Assembly (NCBI GenBank): GCA_963828735.1 | Contig: CAWHFW010000005.1 | Span: 1,888,001-1,952,000, forward strand | Source of the DNA: an uncultured Gemmatimonadales bacterium | GTDB lineage: Bacteria > Gemmatimonadota > Gemmatimonadetes > Gemmatimonadales > GWC2-71-9 | Reading direction: 5' to 3' | Length of the DNA stretch: 64,000 nt | Part shown: piece after piece, positions 21,104 to 30,764 of the stretch | Numbering within the stretch: position 1 is the first letter of the stretch | Layout: the number at the start of each line of letters is the position of its first letter | Notes under the pieces: model-generated | Seen by the model: only the letters and a program-made list of their open reading frames with translations | The model's database searches: none | Told to the model about the DNA's origin: nothing | Translations under genes and position numbers: made by a program

Positions 21104-22201
21104 CTACCGCACCACGAACAACCCCACCTTCCCCCCGAACCCATCGTCCACCGCCGCGGTCCCCTCCGGTACCGTCCACTCCCCGCCATCGAACCGCACG
21201 TTGAGGTGATGGACCCCGGGGCTCAAGGCCACCGGCATCGTCCACCGTCCCGGCCCGTCGGGCGCGAGCGGCCGGGGCTCCCAGTCGGTGAAGTCCCCCA
21301 TCACCTCCGCGTTGCTCACCGGCGGACCGACGATCGCGATCCGACTCTGCGTGGCGACCACGAGGCGCGGCGTTCCTGCGGTAGCCGCGACGGCGGGCTC
21401 GGGCGACCGATGCCGTCCACGCCGCGGCGGGGCGCCGAGGGCCACCCGTATACCGAGCGTGCCGTAGCGCGCCCCGGGCACGGCGAGCCCGAACTGGGGC
21501 AGCGAGTGGCCCGCGGCGCCGACCAGTCCCAGGCTCGGCGCGAGCCACCAGACGGCGCTGGCTTCCCAGGCCGTGCGCCGGATGCCGGTGCCCCCCATCC
21601 GCCGCACCAGGCTGAACCCGACCTCGTAGCTGCCGAGTCCGAGCGTCGCGCGGGTACCCAGGTCCGTGTATTCGGCGATCCGGCGTCCCGGTACGCTGTC
21701 CACTCCGCTCAGGGTGTCGCCCGCCTGTCCCAGGTCATTCCCGCCGAGCGGGTGTGAGCCGAAGCTGGTGTGACTCATCCATACGTGGACGCCCGCGGGT
21801 CCGATCACCTGGCGCAGGCCGCCCTCGATCCGCGCGAGCGCGGATGTCACCCCAACGCCGGCCCTGCCGAAGGCCGCGCCGAGCCACACGCCGGTCCGCT
21901 CGCCGCGCGTGTGCAGCCGGCCGCCCACGTCCCAGCGCACCGCCGTCCGCTCGGCGGGGTCGCTGCTCAGCCCGACGTTGCCGAGCAGCTCGGGCTCGAG
22001 ACCCAACAGCGTCCCGGCCCGGTAGCTCGCGCCCAACGCGCCCTGGGTGAGGGCGCCGTCGGTATCGAGCTGATCCCACGCCGCTTGGCCGGTGCCGAGA
22101 TCCACCGTGCCCCCGAATTGAAGCGCGGCGAGCGCCGTGGCGCGCACCAGACAGAGCGCGGCCGCGGCGGCGGTCCGAAGGATCCGGCCTCGTGCGCTCA
22201 C
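21104..22201 (-). CDS. Exported beta-strand-rich (probable outer-membrane) protein with C-terminal glycogen-binding CBM48/AMPK-type domain
   Basis: Signal peptide; amphipathic beta strands; EVMGDFTDWEP...GRW...LSPGVHHLNVRFDGGEW...DDGFGG. Confidence 0.75.
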   Translation of the reverse strand: MSARGRILRTAAAAALCLVRATALAALQFGGTVDLGTGQAAWDQLDTDGALTQGALGASYRAGTLLGLEPELLGNVGLSSDPAERTAVRWDVGGRLHTRGERTGVWLGAAFGRAGVGVTSALARIEGGLRQVIGPAGVHVWMSHTSFGSHPLGGNDLGQAGDTLSGVDSVPGRRIAEYTDLGTRATLGLGSYEVGFSLVRRMGGTGIRRTAWEASAVWWLAPSLGLVGAAGHSLPQFGLAVPGARYGTLGIRVALGAPPRRGRHRSPEPAVAATAGTPRLVVATQSRIAIVGPPVSNAEVMGDFTDWEPRPLAPDGPGRWTMPVALSPGVHHLNVRFDGGEWTVPEGTAAVDDGFGGKVGLFVVR

Positions 22202-22737
22202 GGTGAGGTCACCGCTGGCCGGAGCCGGTCGCGGAGGTCGAGAAACTCCTGCTCATCGCCGCCGCGCGCGGCCAGGTCCGCAACCGAATGCCAGGCCGCG
22301 TCCACCGTCATCCCGCCGGCCACGAGATCGGTGAAGACCGCGAGCGGAACGGCGACCCGGCCATGCGGACCCACCCGCCGCATCTCGGAGACCATGACCG
22401 GCGTCGCCCCCGCGCGGAGGGCCGCGGCCGCGGCGACGATGTCGTCCGCGGCCGTGGTGCGGCCCAGCGCTTCCCTCGCGCGCCGAAGGTCGCCGAGCAT
22501 GCCCTCGACGGCCATCACGATCCGCGGCCCCGGCGCCCCCTTGCTCGAGCCCTCGAGCGCCTTCTGGACGAGCGGCTCGGTGGGTAGTCCTTCGCCGCGG
22601 GCCGAGCTCACGACGGCTTCGACCTGGACCCGGGTCGCCGAATCGAGTCGCGCGGCGAGACGCGGATCCTGAGCCGCGGCGCTCGCCGGGAGCCGGAGCA
22701 GGGTCAGGCACAGCAGGAGCGTCGTCATGCGCAGCAT
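22198..22737 (-). CDS. Secreted helical hypothetical protein
   Basis: Signal peptide ending AAAQ; GLPTEPLVQKALEG; overlaps downstream gene by 4 nt. Confidence 0.75.
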   Translation of the reverse strand: MLRMTTLLLCLTLLRLPASAAAQDPRLAARLDSATRVQVEAVVSSARGEGLPTEPLVQKALEGSSKGAPGPRIVMAVEGMLGDLRRAREALGRTTAADDIVAAAAALRAGATPVMVSEMRRVGPHGRVAVPLAVFTDLVAGGMTVDAAWHSVADLAARGGDEQEFLDLRDRLRPAVTSP

Positions 22738-22741
22738 GTGG

Positions 22742-23269
22742 TCATCGTTGGGCGACGGTGATCACGGAGGTCGGCGTGCCGAAGTCGTCTTCCAGCGCGC
22801 GCGGAGCGGCGGGGTCCCGGCGCCAGCGGGTTCCGTCCACGATGAACGTATAGCGGTACCGGCCGGGCCGAAGCGGGACGGTCACGGTCCAGACCCCGCC
22901 GGCAGCTGGATGGAGCGGCGTCGCGCGCGGGTCCCAGTCATTGAAGTCGCCCACGAGGGTGACGGCGGAGTCCGCGGCGGCGCGGAGCACGAACTCGACC
23001 GTCCGCGTTCCACGATCGGCGCGGATCGGCTCCGCCGTGCGCCGTCCGACGAGCACGCCAAGCGCGAAGACCGCCGCGATCCCCGCCGCCAGCGCGGCGG
23101 TGACCAGCGAGCGGAACCTCGGCGCGGGCACCGCGCCGCCGCCGGCGCGGAGGCGCTCGAGCACGGTGCGCTCGACGCGATCGGAGAGCTCGACGGGGGC
23201 CCGGAGCCGCGCAGCGATGCGCTCGAGGAATGCGTGCTGCTCGGGGTCGGGCCCGTCGTCAGGTCGCAT
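22742..23269 (-). CDS. Single-pass membrane protein with CBM48 / isoamylase early-set domain (putative anti-sigma factor)
   Basis: Short N-terminus, TM helix, VTLVGDFNDWD...GVW...LRPGRYRYTFIVDG..W..DP...DDFG. Confidence 0.82.
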   Translation of the reverse strand: MRPDDGPDPEQHAFLERIAARLRAPVELSDRVERTVLERLRAGGGAVPAPRFRSLVTAALAAGIAAVFALGVLVGRRTAEPIRADRGTRTVEFVLRAAADSAVTLVGDFNDWDPRATPLHPAAGGVWTVTVPLRPGRYRYTFIVDGTRWRRDPAAPRALEDDFGTPTSVITVAQR

Positions 23270-23825
23270 GGGAATCGCCCAGCAGGTCGCGCAGCCGCTC
23301 GCAGGCGCGCTTCACCCGCATCTTGAGCGCGGACTCGCCCGCGCCGGTCAGCTCGGCCATCTGTTCGTAGCTCATCTCCTCGACGTACTTGAGCAGAAAC
23401 GCTTCCCGCTGCTCGGGCACCAGGCGCGCGAGCCCGCGATGGATCTCCTCCTCGTGCATGCTCCGCTCGGCGGGGTGCGCGACACCGAGGGACTCGGCCG
23501 CCTCGATCGGCGCTCGTCGAGCCTCATGGCGTCCGCGCCGGCTCGCCAAGGTCCGGCACCGGTTGACCAGGATGCGGAACAGCCACGCCGCGAAGCGGTC
23601 GGGGTGCCGGCATCGTTCGAGCGACCGATAGGCCAGCGTAAAGGCATCCTGAAGCGCCTCCTCGGCGTCGCTCTCGTTGCCGAGCAGGTGGAAGGCGTAC
23701 CGGCCGAAGCGGAGCCGGTAGCGGGTCATCAGCAGGCCATACGCATCCAGGTCGCCCTGGCGCACGCGCAGGACGAGCTCGGCGTCCGAGGGACTCACCT
23801 CTAGGAGACTCGCCAGGCTGGCCAC
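23259..23825 (-). CDS. ECF sigma-70 factor
   Basis: DAEEALQDAF, FAAWLFRILVNRC (region 2); REAFLLKYVEEMSYEQMAELTG (region 4); alternative GTG start at 23798. Confidence 0.92.
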   Translation of the reverse strand: MASLASLLEVSPSDAELVLRVRQGDLDAYGLLMTRYRLRFGRYAFHLLGNESDAEEALQDAFTLAYRSLERCRHPDRFAAWLFRILVNRCRTLASRRGRHEARRAPIEAAESLGVAHPAERSMHEEEIHRGLARLVPEQREAFLLKYVEEMSYEQMAELTGAGESALKMRVKRACERLRDLLGDSHAT

Positions 23826-23876
23826 GCGTCACATCGGACGGGCGGGAGCCGAGCCGCGGCCATCCGATGTGACGCG
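23825..23876. repeat. Perfect 14-bp inverted repeat with 24-nt spacer
   Basis: CGCGTCACATCGGA (23825-38) and TCCGATGTGACGCG (23863-76). Confidence 0.8.
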
Positions 23877-23963
23877 GCGGCGGCTCTCGAGGTCTTTGGG
23901 GTACAGGTTCGTCAGGCCTGGGCGTCCTAGCACCGACCACCTTCCCGTAGGAGATTCTGCCTC

Positions 23964-24713
23964 ATGCGATTCATCGCGCTGCCGGCGCTGGGTGCCGCGC
24001 TCATGGTACTAGGTTGTGGGCCGGAGACGGTCGGGCCGCGGACCAGCGAGACCGCGCGGCTTCGTCTCGCCAGCGCGTCACCCGACGCGGGTGCGCTCGA
24101 CCTGCTGGTCAATGGAAGGACGGTGGCGCAGGCGGTCGGAAGCACAGCCGCCTCGGCGTCGGCGGTTGTGGACGCCGGGACGGCGACGGGGGAGATCCGG
24201 GCGACGGGGACGGTCTCCGCGCTCGCCTCGGTGCCGCTCGTGCTCGCGGCCGGGAAATCGTACACGGTGCTCGTGGCCGGTCCCCGCCAGGCGCTCACGG
24301 CGATGGTCTCCGTGGACACGGGCTCCACCACACCGGGGATCCCGGTCGAGCCGAACCCACCTCCGCCGGGCGAGCCCATCGACAGCGGCAATCCGCCGCC
24401 CGCGCCGAACATCGTCCGATTCCGGATCATGCACGCGGCGCCGGACGCGCCGCCCCTCGATCCGTACCTCTTGCCCGCCGGCATGCCCCTCGACACGCTG
24501 CCGACTCTGCAGCCGTTCACCTACGGCAGCCTCGCGCTGACGGCGGACCTCGTGCGCGGTCCGGGGCACTATGTGGTGAAGTTCACCGACGCCGGCACCA
24601 CCCACGTCGTGATCGAGTCGGGGGACATCGAAGCGAACGCGGACGAGCTGCTCACCGTGGTGTTGGGGGAGAACGCGGATCGTTCGCTGAGGGTGGATGT
24701 CGTGAGGGAGTGA
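23964..24713 (+). CDS. DUF4397 domain lipoprotein (two repeats)
   Basis: Lipobox VLGC; RLRLASASPDAGALD and RFRIMHAAPDAPPLD repeats with Pro-rich linker; AGGAG RBS. Confidence 0.8.
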   Translation: MRFIALPALGAALMVLGCGPETVGPRTSETARLRLASASPDAGALDLLVNGRTVAQAVGSTAASASAVVDAGTATGEIRATGTVSALASVPLVLAAGKSYTVLVAGPRQALTAMVSVDTGSTTPGIPVEPNPPPPGEPIDSGNPPPAPNIVRFRIMHAAPDAPPLDPYLLPAGMPLDTLPTLQPFTYGSLALTADLVRGPGHYVVKFTDAGTTHVVIESGDIEANADELLTVVLGENADRSLRVDVVRE

Positions 24714-24732
24714 AGCGGGGTCGGATGATAGG

Positions 24733-24770
24733 ACGAACGGGCGTTCAGCCGATCCGGCGCCCGTTCGTTT
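24733..24770. terminator. Hairpin between convergent genes
   Basis: ACGAACGGGCG (24733-43) / CGCCCGTTCGT (24758-68) followed by TT. Confidence 0.6.
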
Positions 24771-25556
24771 CTACGCTTCCCGCGCGAACCGGAGCGGCTT
24801 CTCAATCCCCTTCGAGAAGATCAGGAGGGAGTGCCCGTCCACGCGGTAGCGCTCCGCCGATTGCAACGCCTTGAGATACTTCGCCTCCTGATTCATCAGG
24901 GCCTCCGAGCACGCCATCATCGTCGAGACGAGCGGACCGAACGCGATCGTGGTGTCGGTGATCGTGACCGGCCCGTTGAACTGGTTGCAGGAGCCGCGGC
25001 CCGACACCCGTCCGGCCTCCCGAAATTCCAGCGTGGCACGGGCGTAGTCCATCACCCCTCCACCATTGATGTCCTCGAGGACCCATGTACCCGAAAGCGC
25101 CGAAGTCGCTCCGGGGCCACCCTGAGCGGTCGGTGGCGGCGGTGCCGCTGCGGCCGGCCCGGCGCTGGTCAGCACCAGGTCTACCGCCGTCGGGCGGTCG
25201 CGGGTGATCACGCGCACGACCGCCGTGGTCGTGAACGCGAGCTGTCCACCCATCGTGATCGTGGCCCGCACCGCGTAGTCGTGGCGCGGGTCGATCTTCT
25301 TGGGGTCGAACCGGACGAGGAACGGGAGTGGCACCTGGCGGCCATCCGGCTTGATGGTCGTGTCGGCCACGGCCGCGGCCGCAACGTCCTGCCGCGACAC
25401 ATCGAGGAGCTGCACCCGGACCTCCGCATCCGCAGGCAGCGCCACGCGCTCCCGGTATGTCACGTGTCCGGTCACGGCGGTGGGTGCCCTGGACGTGGTG
25501 GTGTTCCCGGCGCACCCGGTGAGGAGCGCGGCGGCCGCGAGCGCGAAATGTCTCAC
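24771..25556 (-). CDS. YbaY-family lipoprotein fused to META/HslJ domain
   Basis: Lipobox LTGC; VTGHVTYRERVALP..LLDVS..QVPLPF; GSCNQF..STMMAC. Confidence 0.88.
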   Translation of the reverse strand: MRHFALAAAALLTGCAGNTTTSRAPTAVTGHVTYRERVALPADAEVRVQLLDVSRQDVAAAAVADTTIKPDGRQVPLPFLVRFDPKKIDPRHDYAVRATITMGGQLAFTTTAVVRVITRDRPTAVDLVLTSAGPAAAAPPPPTAQGGPGATSALSGTWVLEDINGGGVMDYARATLEFREAGRVSGRGSCNQFNGPVTITDTTIAFGPLVSTMMACSEALMNQEAKYLKALQSAERYRVDGHSLLIFSKGIEKPLRFAREA

Positions 25557-25993
25557 GGCGCCGCTACCCTGACGAAGGTGATGCGGACCGGCTCGCCCGG
25601 ACTCGTGATGCGAATCTCGAGGCTGTCCGCGGTCGATCGGAGGATGGTGGCGGGATGCGGGAGCCCCTCCTCGACCAGCGTGAGCACGTCCGCCGCATAG
25701 CGCCAGCGCCCTACGGCGGGCGTACCATGAGGTGAGGTGATCAGCATCGAGCCGTCGGGGAGGAAGACGTAGTAGGTCCCTGGGTCGCCGGCCGAGCTCC
25801 TGGCCACTTTCCAGATCTTATCGGCGAATTCAGGGGCGCTGGCCGAGCGCGCGGGCGCCACGGGCGGAGCGGACCGCACGTCGGTGGCGGGCGGCTTGTC
25901 GGCGGTTGCGGCCGGAGGACCAGGGCGCGAGCATGCCGGCCCTAGGAGCGCGGCGGCCAGCGCCTGGCGGATACGCGAGTGAGAAGCGGTCAA
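25553..25993 (-). CDS. Hypothetical lipoprotein, small beta-rich domain
   Basis: GGAGG then TTG at 25993; lipobox-like GPAC; stop overlaps next start. Confidence 0.6.
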   Translation of the reverse strand: MTASHSRIRQALAAALLGPACSRPGPPAATADKPPATDVRSAPPVAPARSASAPEFADKIWKVARSSAGDPGTYYVFLPDGSMLITSPHGTPAVGRWRYAADVLTLVEEGLPHPATILRSTADSLEIRITSPGEPVRITFVRVAAP

Positions 25994-26170
25994 CGCACCC
26001 TCCAGCGGATGGACTCGAGTCGAATGGCGTCGGGTACTCTCGCCAGCCTCGGCGGACAAGTCACGGACGCTCCGTGCCCACCGTCCGAATCTGGCCACCG
26101 TGCCGCGCTGCCGCCAGCAGCACGGTCCCGCGGCCCGGAAGCGACCGTCCGCCGCGACTCGGCGTTCCTC

Positions 26171-26746
26171 CTACTCCGTTCGCTCGCGAATCGCGCGAAC
26201 GAACGCCTCGAGTGCCGTCCGGAGCATCCCCCGCAGATCAGGCGTGTCCGTGAGCCTCGCCACCGTCAACGGCCCATCGAGGATCGGAAGCGTCACGCCG
26301 GCCTCGCCGACGATGGTCGTGGACATTGTCCGGAGGATCTCGACCAGCGAGGCGTGCGCATGCGCCCCTCGCAGCGACGCGTTCCAGATGGCGATCGGCT
26401 TGTGCAGCATGGCGGGGTCGATCACCAGCCAGTCCAGCCCGTTCTTGAACGCGCCCGGGAGACCGTGCGCGTACTCGGGGACGCTGAGGATGAGGCCGTC
26501 CGCGTGCCCGACCGCGCTGCGCCATGCCGCCACCACGGCCGGCGGGTCGTCGCCATCGAGGTCGGGGTTGAAGTGTGGGAGGGTGACCAGATGCTCGGAG
26601 AGGTGGACCGAGACGTCGTCCGGTGCGAGGGCGATGGCCGCCTCGAGCAGCGTCCGGTTGGACGAAGCGGCGCGCAGGCTGCCCGACACGGCGACGAGCT
26701 CGATCGGTCGCGACACGGCCACGGCCGCCTCTGCGCGATCACTCAC
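26171..26746 (-). CDS. NADPH-dependent FMN reductase
   Basis: SGSLRAASSN, LPHFNPD, PEYAHGLPGAFKNGLDW. Confidence 0.92.
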   Translation of the reverse strand: MSDRAEAAVAVSRPIELVAVSGSLRAASSNRTLLEAAIALAPDDVSVHLSEHLVTLPHFNPDLDGDDPPAVVAAWRSAVGHADGLILSVPEYAHGLPGAFKNGLDWLVIDPAMLHKPIAIWNASLRGAHAHASLVEILRTMSTTIVGEAGVTLPILDGPLTVARLTDTPDLRGMLRTALEAFVRAIRERTE

Positions 26747-26779
26747 GGTGACGAATCTCGCGCGACTCCGGAGCGACCT

Positions 26780-29065
26780 CTACCGGCCGCCCGGAGGCAC
26801 GTGGTCCTCGAGATACCTGGTGAGCAGCGAAAAGAGATGCAGCCAGGTGCCCTCGCCCTCGCAGATACAGTGGGACCGGTTCGGATAGACCATCAGGGTG
26901 AACGGCCGGTTCGCGGCGACGAGCGCGTTGATCAGGCGCTCGGAGCCCTGGTAGTGCACGTTGTCGTCGCCCGAGCCGTGGACCAGCAGCAGGTTGCCGC
27001 GCAGCCGGTCCGCGAGGAAGAGCGACGAGCCGTCGTGATACGCCTGCTCGTTCTCCTGCGGGAGCCCCATGTAGCGCTCCTGGTAGATCGTGTCGTACAG
27101 CCGCTCGTCGGGGACCGGCGCCACCGCCATCCCGGTCTGGTAGAGCTCGGGATAGCGAAACATGAGACTCAGCGTCGTCGAGCCGCCGCCGCTCCAGCCC
27201 CACACGGCGATGCGCGTGGAATCCACCCAGGGCCACGTGCGGATCGTCCGCGCGGCCGCTGCCTGATCGGCCGAGTTGATCACGCCGATCTTCTTGTAGA
27301 TGGCCTTCCGGAAGGCGCGGCCCCGCGGCGACGGGGTGCCGCGGTTGTCCACGGTCGCCACCACGTAACCGTGCTGGGTCAGCATGAGGTTCCAGAGATA
27401 GTCCTGGCCGTCCCACTGATCGAGCGCGGTCTGGCCCGCCGGCTCTCCGTAGACGTGGATCAGCACGGGGTAGCGCTTGGTCGAGTCGAACCCCGGTGGC
27501 TTCATCACCCAGCCATCGAGGCGGAGCCCGTTCCCGGCATCCACCTTGACCTGCTCAGCGGAGCCGCGACGGAGCCTCGCGACCGCGTCACGCTGCCGCT
27601 GGTTCGCAACCAGCGTGCGCACGCGCTCGTGCTTCGGCAGGCGGATGAGGTCCACCGTGCTGGGCGTGTCCAGGCGCGAGTAGACATGGAACGCCCAGCG
27701 CCCGTCGGGAGAGATCTGGTAGAGGTGGTAGCCGGGCTGGTCCTTGGGCGTCACCCGCTCCTGCTTGCCCTTTCCGTCGAGGCGGGTGCGATACAGGTAC
27801 AGCTGCTGGGCGTTGTCGGGCGATGCCGTGTAGTACACCCATCCGCCGGCCGAGTCCACGCCTTCGACGAACGGCTCGCCGAACGCGCTGGCCGGGTTGT
27901 GCAGATCGAAAGAGCCGGGTGTCACGAGCCGCGACTTGGTCCCGTCGCGCGAGACGACGTAGAGGTGCCGCCAGCCGTCGCGCTCGCTGATCCAGGTGAA
28001 GTCCTTGCCGCCGTTGATCCATCGAAGGTCGTCCACGACGTCCACCCAGGCGCTGTCGCGCTCGGTGAGAATCGTGCGGGTGCGCCCGCTCGCCGCGTCG
28101 CCCAGCATTACCTCGAGCGTGTTCTGGGCGCGGTTCAGGTGCTCGAGCACGACCTCGTTCGAGCTCGCGGCCCACTCGAGCCGGGGGATGTAGTTGTTGC
28201 GCGGGTCGCCGGGGACATCGAACCAGCGGGGCTCGCCTCCGTCCGCGCTCACGACGCCCACGCGCGCCGCGGAGTTCGTGGTGCCCGCCTTGGGATACTG
28301 CACGGGAATGACGAAGGAGTAGAGCGAGTCGGTGTCGTTGATCAGGTCGAAGTCGTGCACGCCGGCGGCATCGAGCTGCCAGAAGGCGATCCGCCGGCCG
28401 TCCGGGCTCCAGCGGAACCCGTCGCGCAGGTTGAGCTCCTCCTCGTACACCCAGTCGAAGGTGCCGTTGATGATCGTCCGGGAGCCGTCGCGCGTGAGCC
28501 GCGTGATCCGGCCGCCGGTGACGTCCTCGACGTACAGATCGTGCTCGCGCACGTAGGCCACCCGCCCGCCGTCGGGCGAGAACTTGGCGAACATGAGCGT
28601 GGACGGCGCCGCGGCCGAGCCGCCGAGCTTGCGAAGGGCCCAGGTGCCGAGATCAAGGGTCCAGAAATCCCCCCGGGTGTTCTGCCGCCACACCCGCCGC
28701 GAGTTCGTGAACAGGAGCAGCCGCTTCCGGTCGGGCGAGAGGGTGTAGCCCTCGATGGCGAGCGGGACCGTGTCGCCGGCGGGAACGAGGCGCGACGCGG
28801 GAACCCAGACCTCACGGCGGCCGCTGGCCGCGTCGTACCGCACGAGCACGGCGGCGCCCTGCGCCGCGCTGTCGGGCTCGAGGCGGGCGTAGGCCGCCTC
28901 GCCCGGGATCCAGCTCGGGCCACCGAGCGGCTCGGGGGCGAACTCGTCCGAGCTGTAGATGCGGTCCAGGGTGAGCAGTGACGAATCGGGCGTCTGCGCG
29001 AGCAGCGCGGCCGAGAGTGCAAGCGTGAGGGTCGCGACGCCCAGAGCGGGGCGCAGGAAGGGCAT
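26780..29065 (-). CDS. S9B dipeptidyl peptidase IV
   Basis: Signal peptide; NGTFDWVYEEE, YPKAG, GWSGGG nucleophile, DDNVH, RSH. Confidence 0.93.
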   Translation of the reverse strand: MPFLRPALGVATLTLALSAALLAQTPDSSLLTLDRIYSSDEFAPEPLGGPSWIPGEAAYARLEPDSAAQGAAVLVRYDAASGRREVWVPASRLVPAGDTVPLAIEGYTLSPDRKRLLLFTNSRRVWRQNTRGDFWTLDLGTWALRKLGGSAAAPSTLMFAKFSPDGGRVAYVREHDLYVEDVTGGRITRLTRDGSRTIINGTFDWVYEEELNLRDGFRWSPDGRRIAFWQLDAAGVHDFDLINDTDSLYSFVIPVQYPKAGTTNSAARVGVVSADGGEPRWFDVPGDPRNNYIPRLEWAASSNEVVLEHLNRAQNTLEVMLGDAASGRTRTILTERDSAWVDVVDDLRWINGGKDFTWISERDGWRHLYVVSRDGTKSRLVTPGSFDLHNPASAFGEPFVEGVDSAGGWVYYTASPDNAQQLYLYRTRLDGKGKQERVTPKDQPGYHLYQISPDGRWAFHVYSRLDTPSTVDLIRLPKHERVRTLVANQRQRDAVARLRRGSAEQVKVDAGNGLRLDGWVMKPPGFDSTKRYPVLIHVYGEPAGQTALDQWDGQDYLWNLMLTQHGYVVATVDNRGTPSPRGRAFRKAIYKKIGVINSADQAAAARTIRTWPWVDSTRIAVWGWSGGGSTTLSLMFRYPELYQTGMAVAPVPDERLYDTIYQERYMGLPQENEQAYHDGSSLFLADRLRGNLLLVHGSGDDNVHYQGSERLINALVAANRPFTLMVYPNRSHCICEGEGTWLHLFSLLTRYLEDHVPPGGR

Positions 29066-29342
29066 GGACGATCTCCCGGTTGGTCGGCTTGGCGTCACCC
29101 GAGGGCTGAATGCCACCCGGCCGAGAAAACCGGGTGGAGAGGGTGCGCCGGCGCGGCTACATCCTGGCCATCAAGACGTCACGACCGAGTCCGGCCGGCG
29201 CGCTCCTCACGCCCCCGGCGGGCGATACGCGATCGGCTTTTCAGGGCGGCGTCGAGATACATCGCCACACCGACTCCCAGCTCGGGTAGGCGGAATAACC
29301 TACGCGCCGAGTCCCGTGAGGGAAGGGAGAGGCCAACGTGTC

Positions 29343-29926
<584 letters not shown>

Positions 29927-29930
<4 letters not shown>

Positions 29931-30739
29931 GGCGCGAAGGCTCCGTTGAGCTCGGCGAACGGGATGCCGCGCGCGAGGCCCGCGAACGTCCCCCGCTCGG
30001 CGATCTCGCGCGCCGCCTCGAGGAAGGCGCCGTACGCGGCTCGCGCCAGCGCACCGCCGACGCTGATGCGGCGGACGCCCATGGCAGCAAGCTCGGACAC
30101 GTGGGCGCCCTCAGCGCCGATGAGCACGTTCACGGGCCTGGGCGCGACCGCGGACACCACCGCGGCGATCGCGGACTTGGTCCCGAGTCCCGGCGCGTAG
30201 AGACAGTCGGCTCCCGCCTCGGCGTAGGCTGTGAGGCGGCGGATCGTCTCCGCGAGATCCGGCCGGCCGACGATGAAACCCTCGGAGCGGCCCGTGAGCA
30301 CCACGCCCGTGCCGCTCGCGTCGATGGCCCCCCGCGCCGCGCGGACGCGCTGGACGGCGAGGTCGAACTCGAAGAGCGGCTGCGACGGATCGCCGGTGGA
30401 GTCCTCGATGGAGATGCCCGCGACGCCCGTACCCGTGGCGAGGAGGACGTTAGCGCCCACCGCGGCCGGCTCCACGGCGAAGCCGCCCTCGAAGTCGGCG
30501 TTCACCGGCACCTCCACCCCGCCGGCGATGGCGCGCAGGTGGGCCAGGACCTCGACCAGGGTGACGTGGTTGTCGCGCCTGCCAAGCGACCAGGCGAAGC
30601 CCGAGCTCGTCGTCGCGAGCGCGGGAAAGCCGAGCTGCGCGAGCAGACGGGCGCTGCCGAGGTCCCACGGGTTGGGCAGGACGAAACAGCCGGTCTCGTG
30701 CAGGCGCCGGAACTCGCGCCGACGGTCGTCGAGGGCCAT
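29927..30739 (-). CDS. Isocitrate lyase / PEP mutase family protein
   Basis: LPNPWD.GSAR, ALATTS, VNADFEGG, SIED, EAGADCLYAPG. Confidence 0.9.
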
Positions 30740-30764
30740 GTCGCCAAGATACAACGCAAGCTCT

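Noticed and set aside
25979..28981. 1000-aa plus-strand ORF and similar long ORFs (e.g. 61505-63853, 15909-18038, 3589-5553)
   Set aside because: These are antisense shadows of recognisable genes, common in high-GC DNA, with Arg/Gly-rich sequence and no motifs
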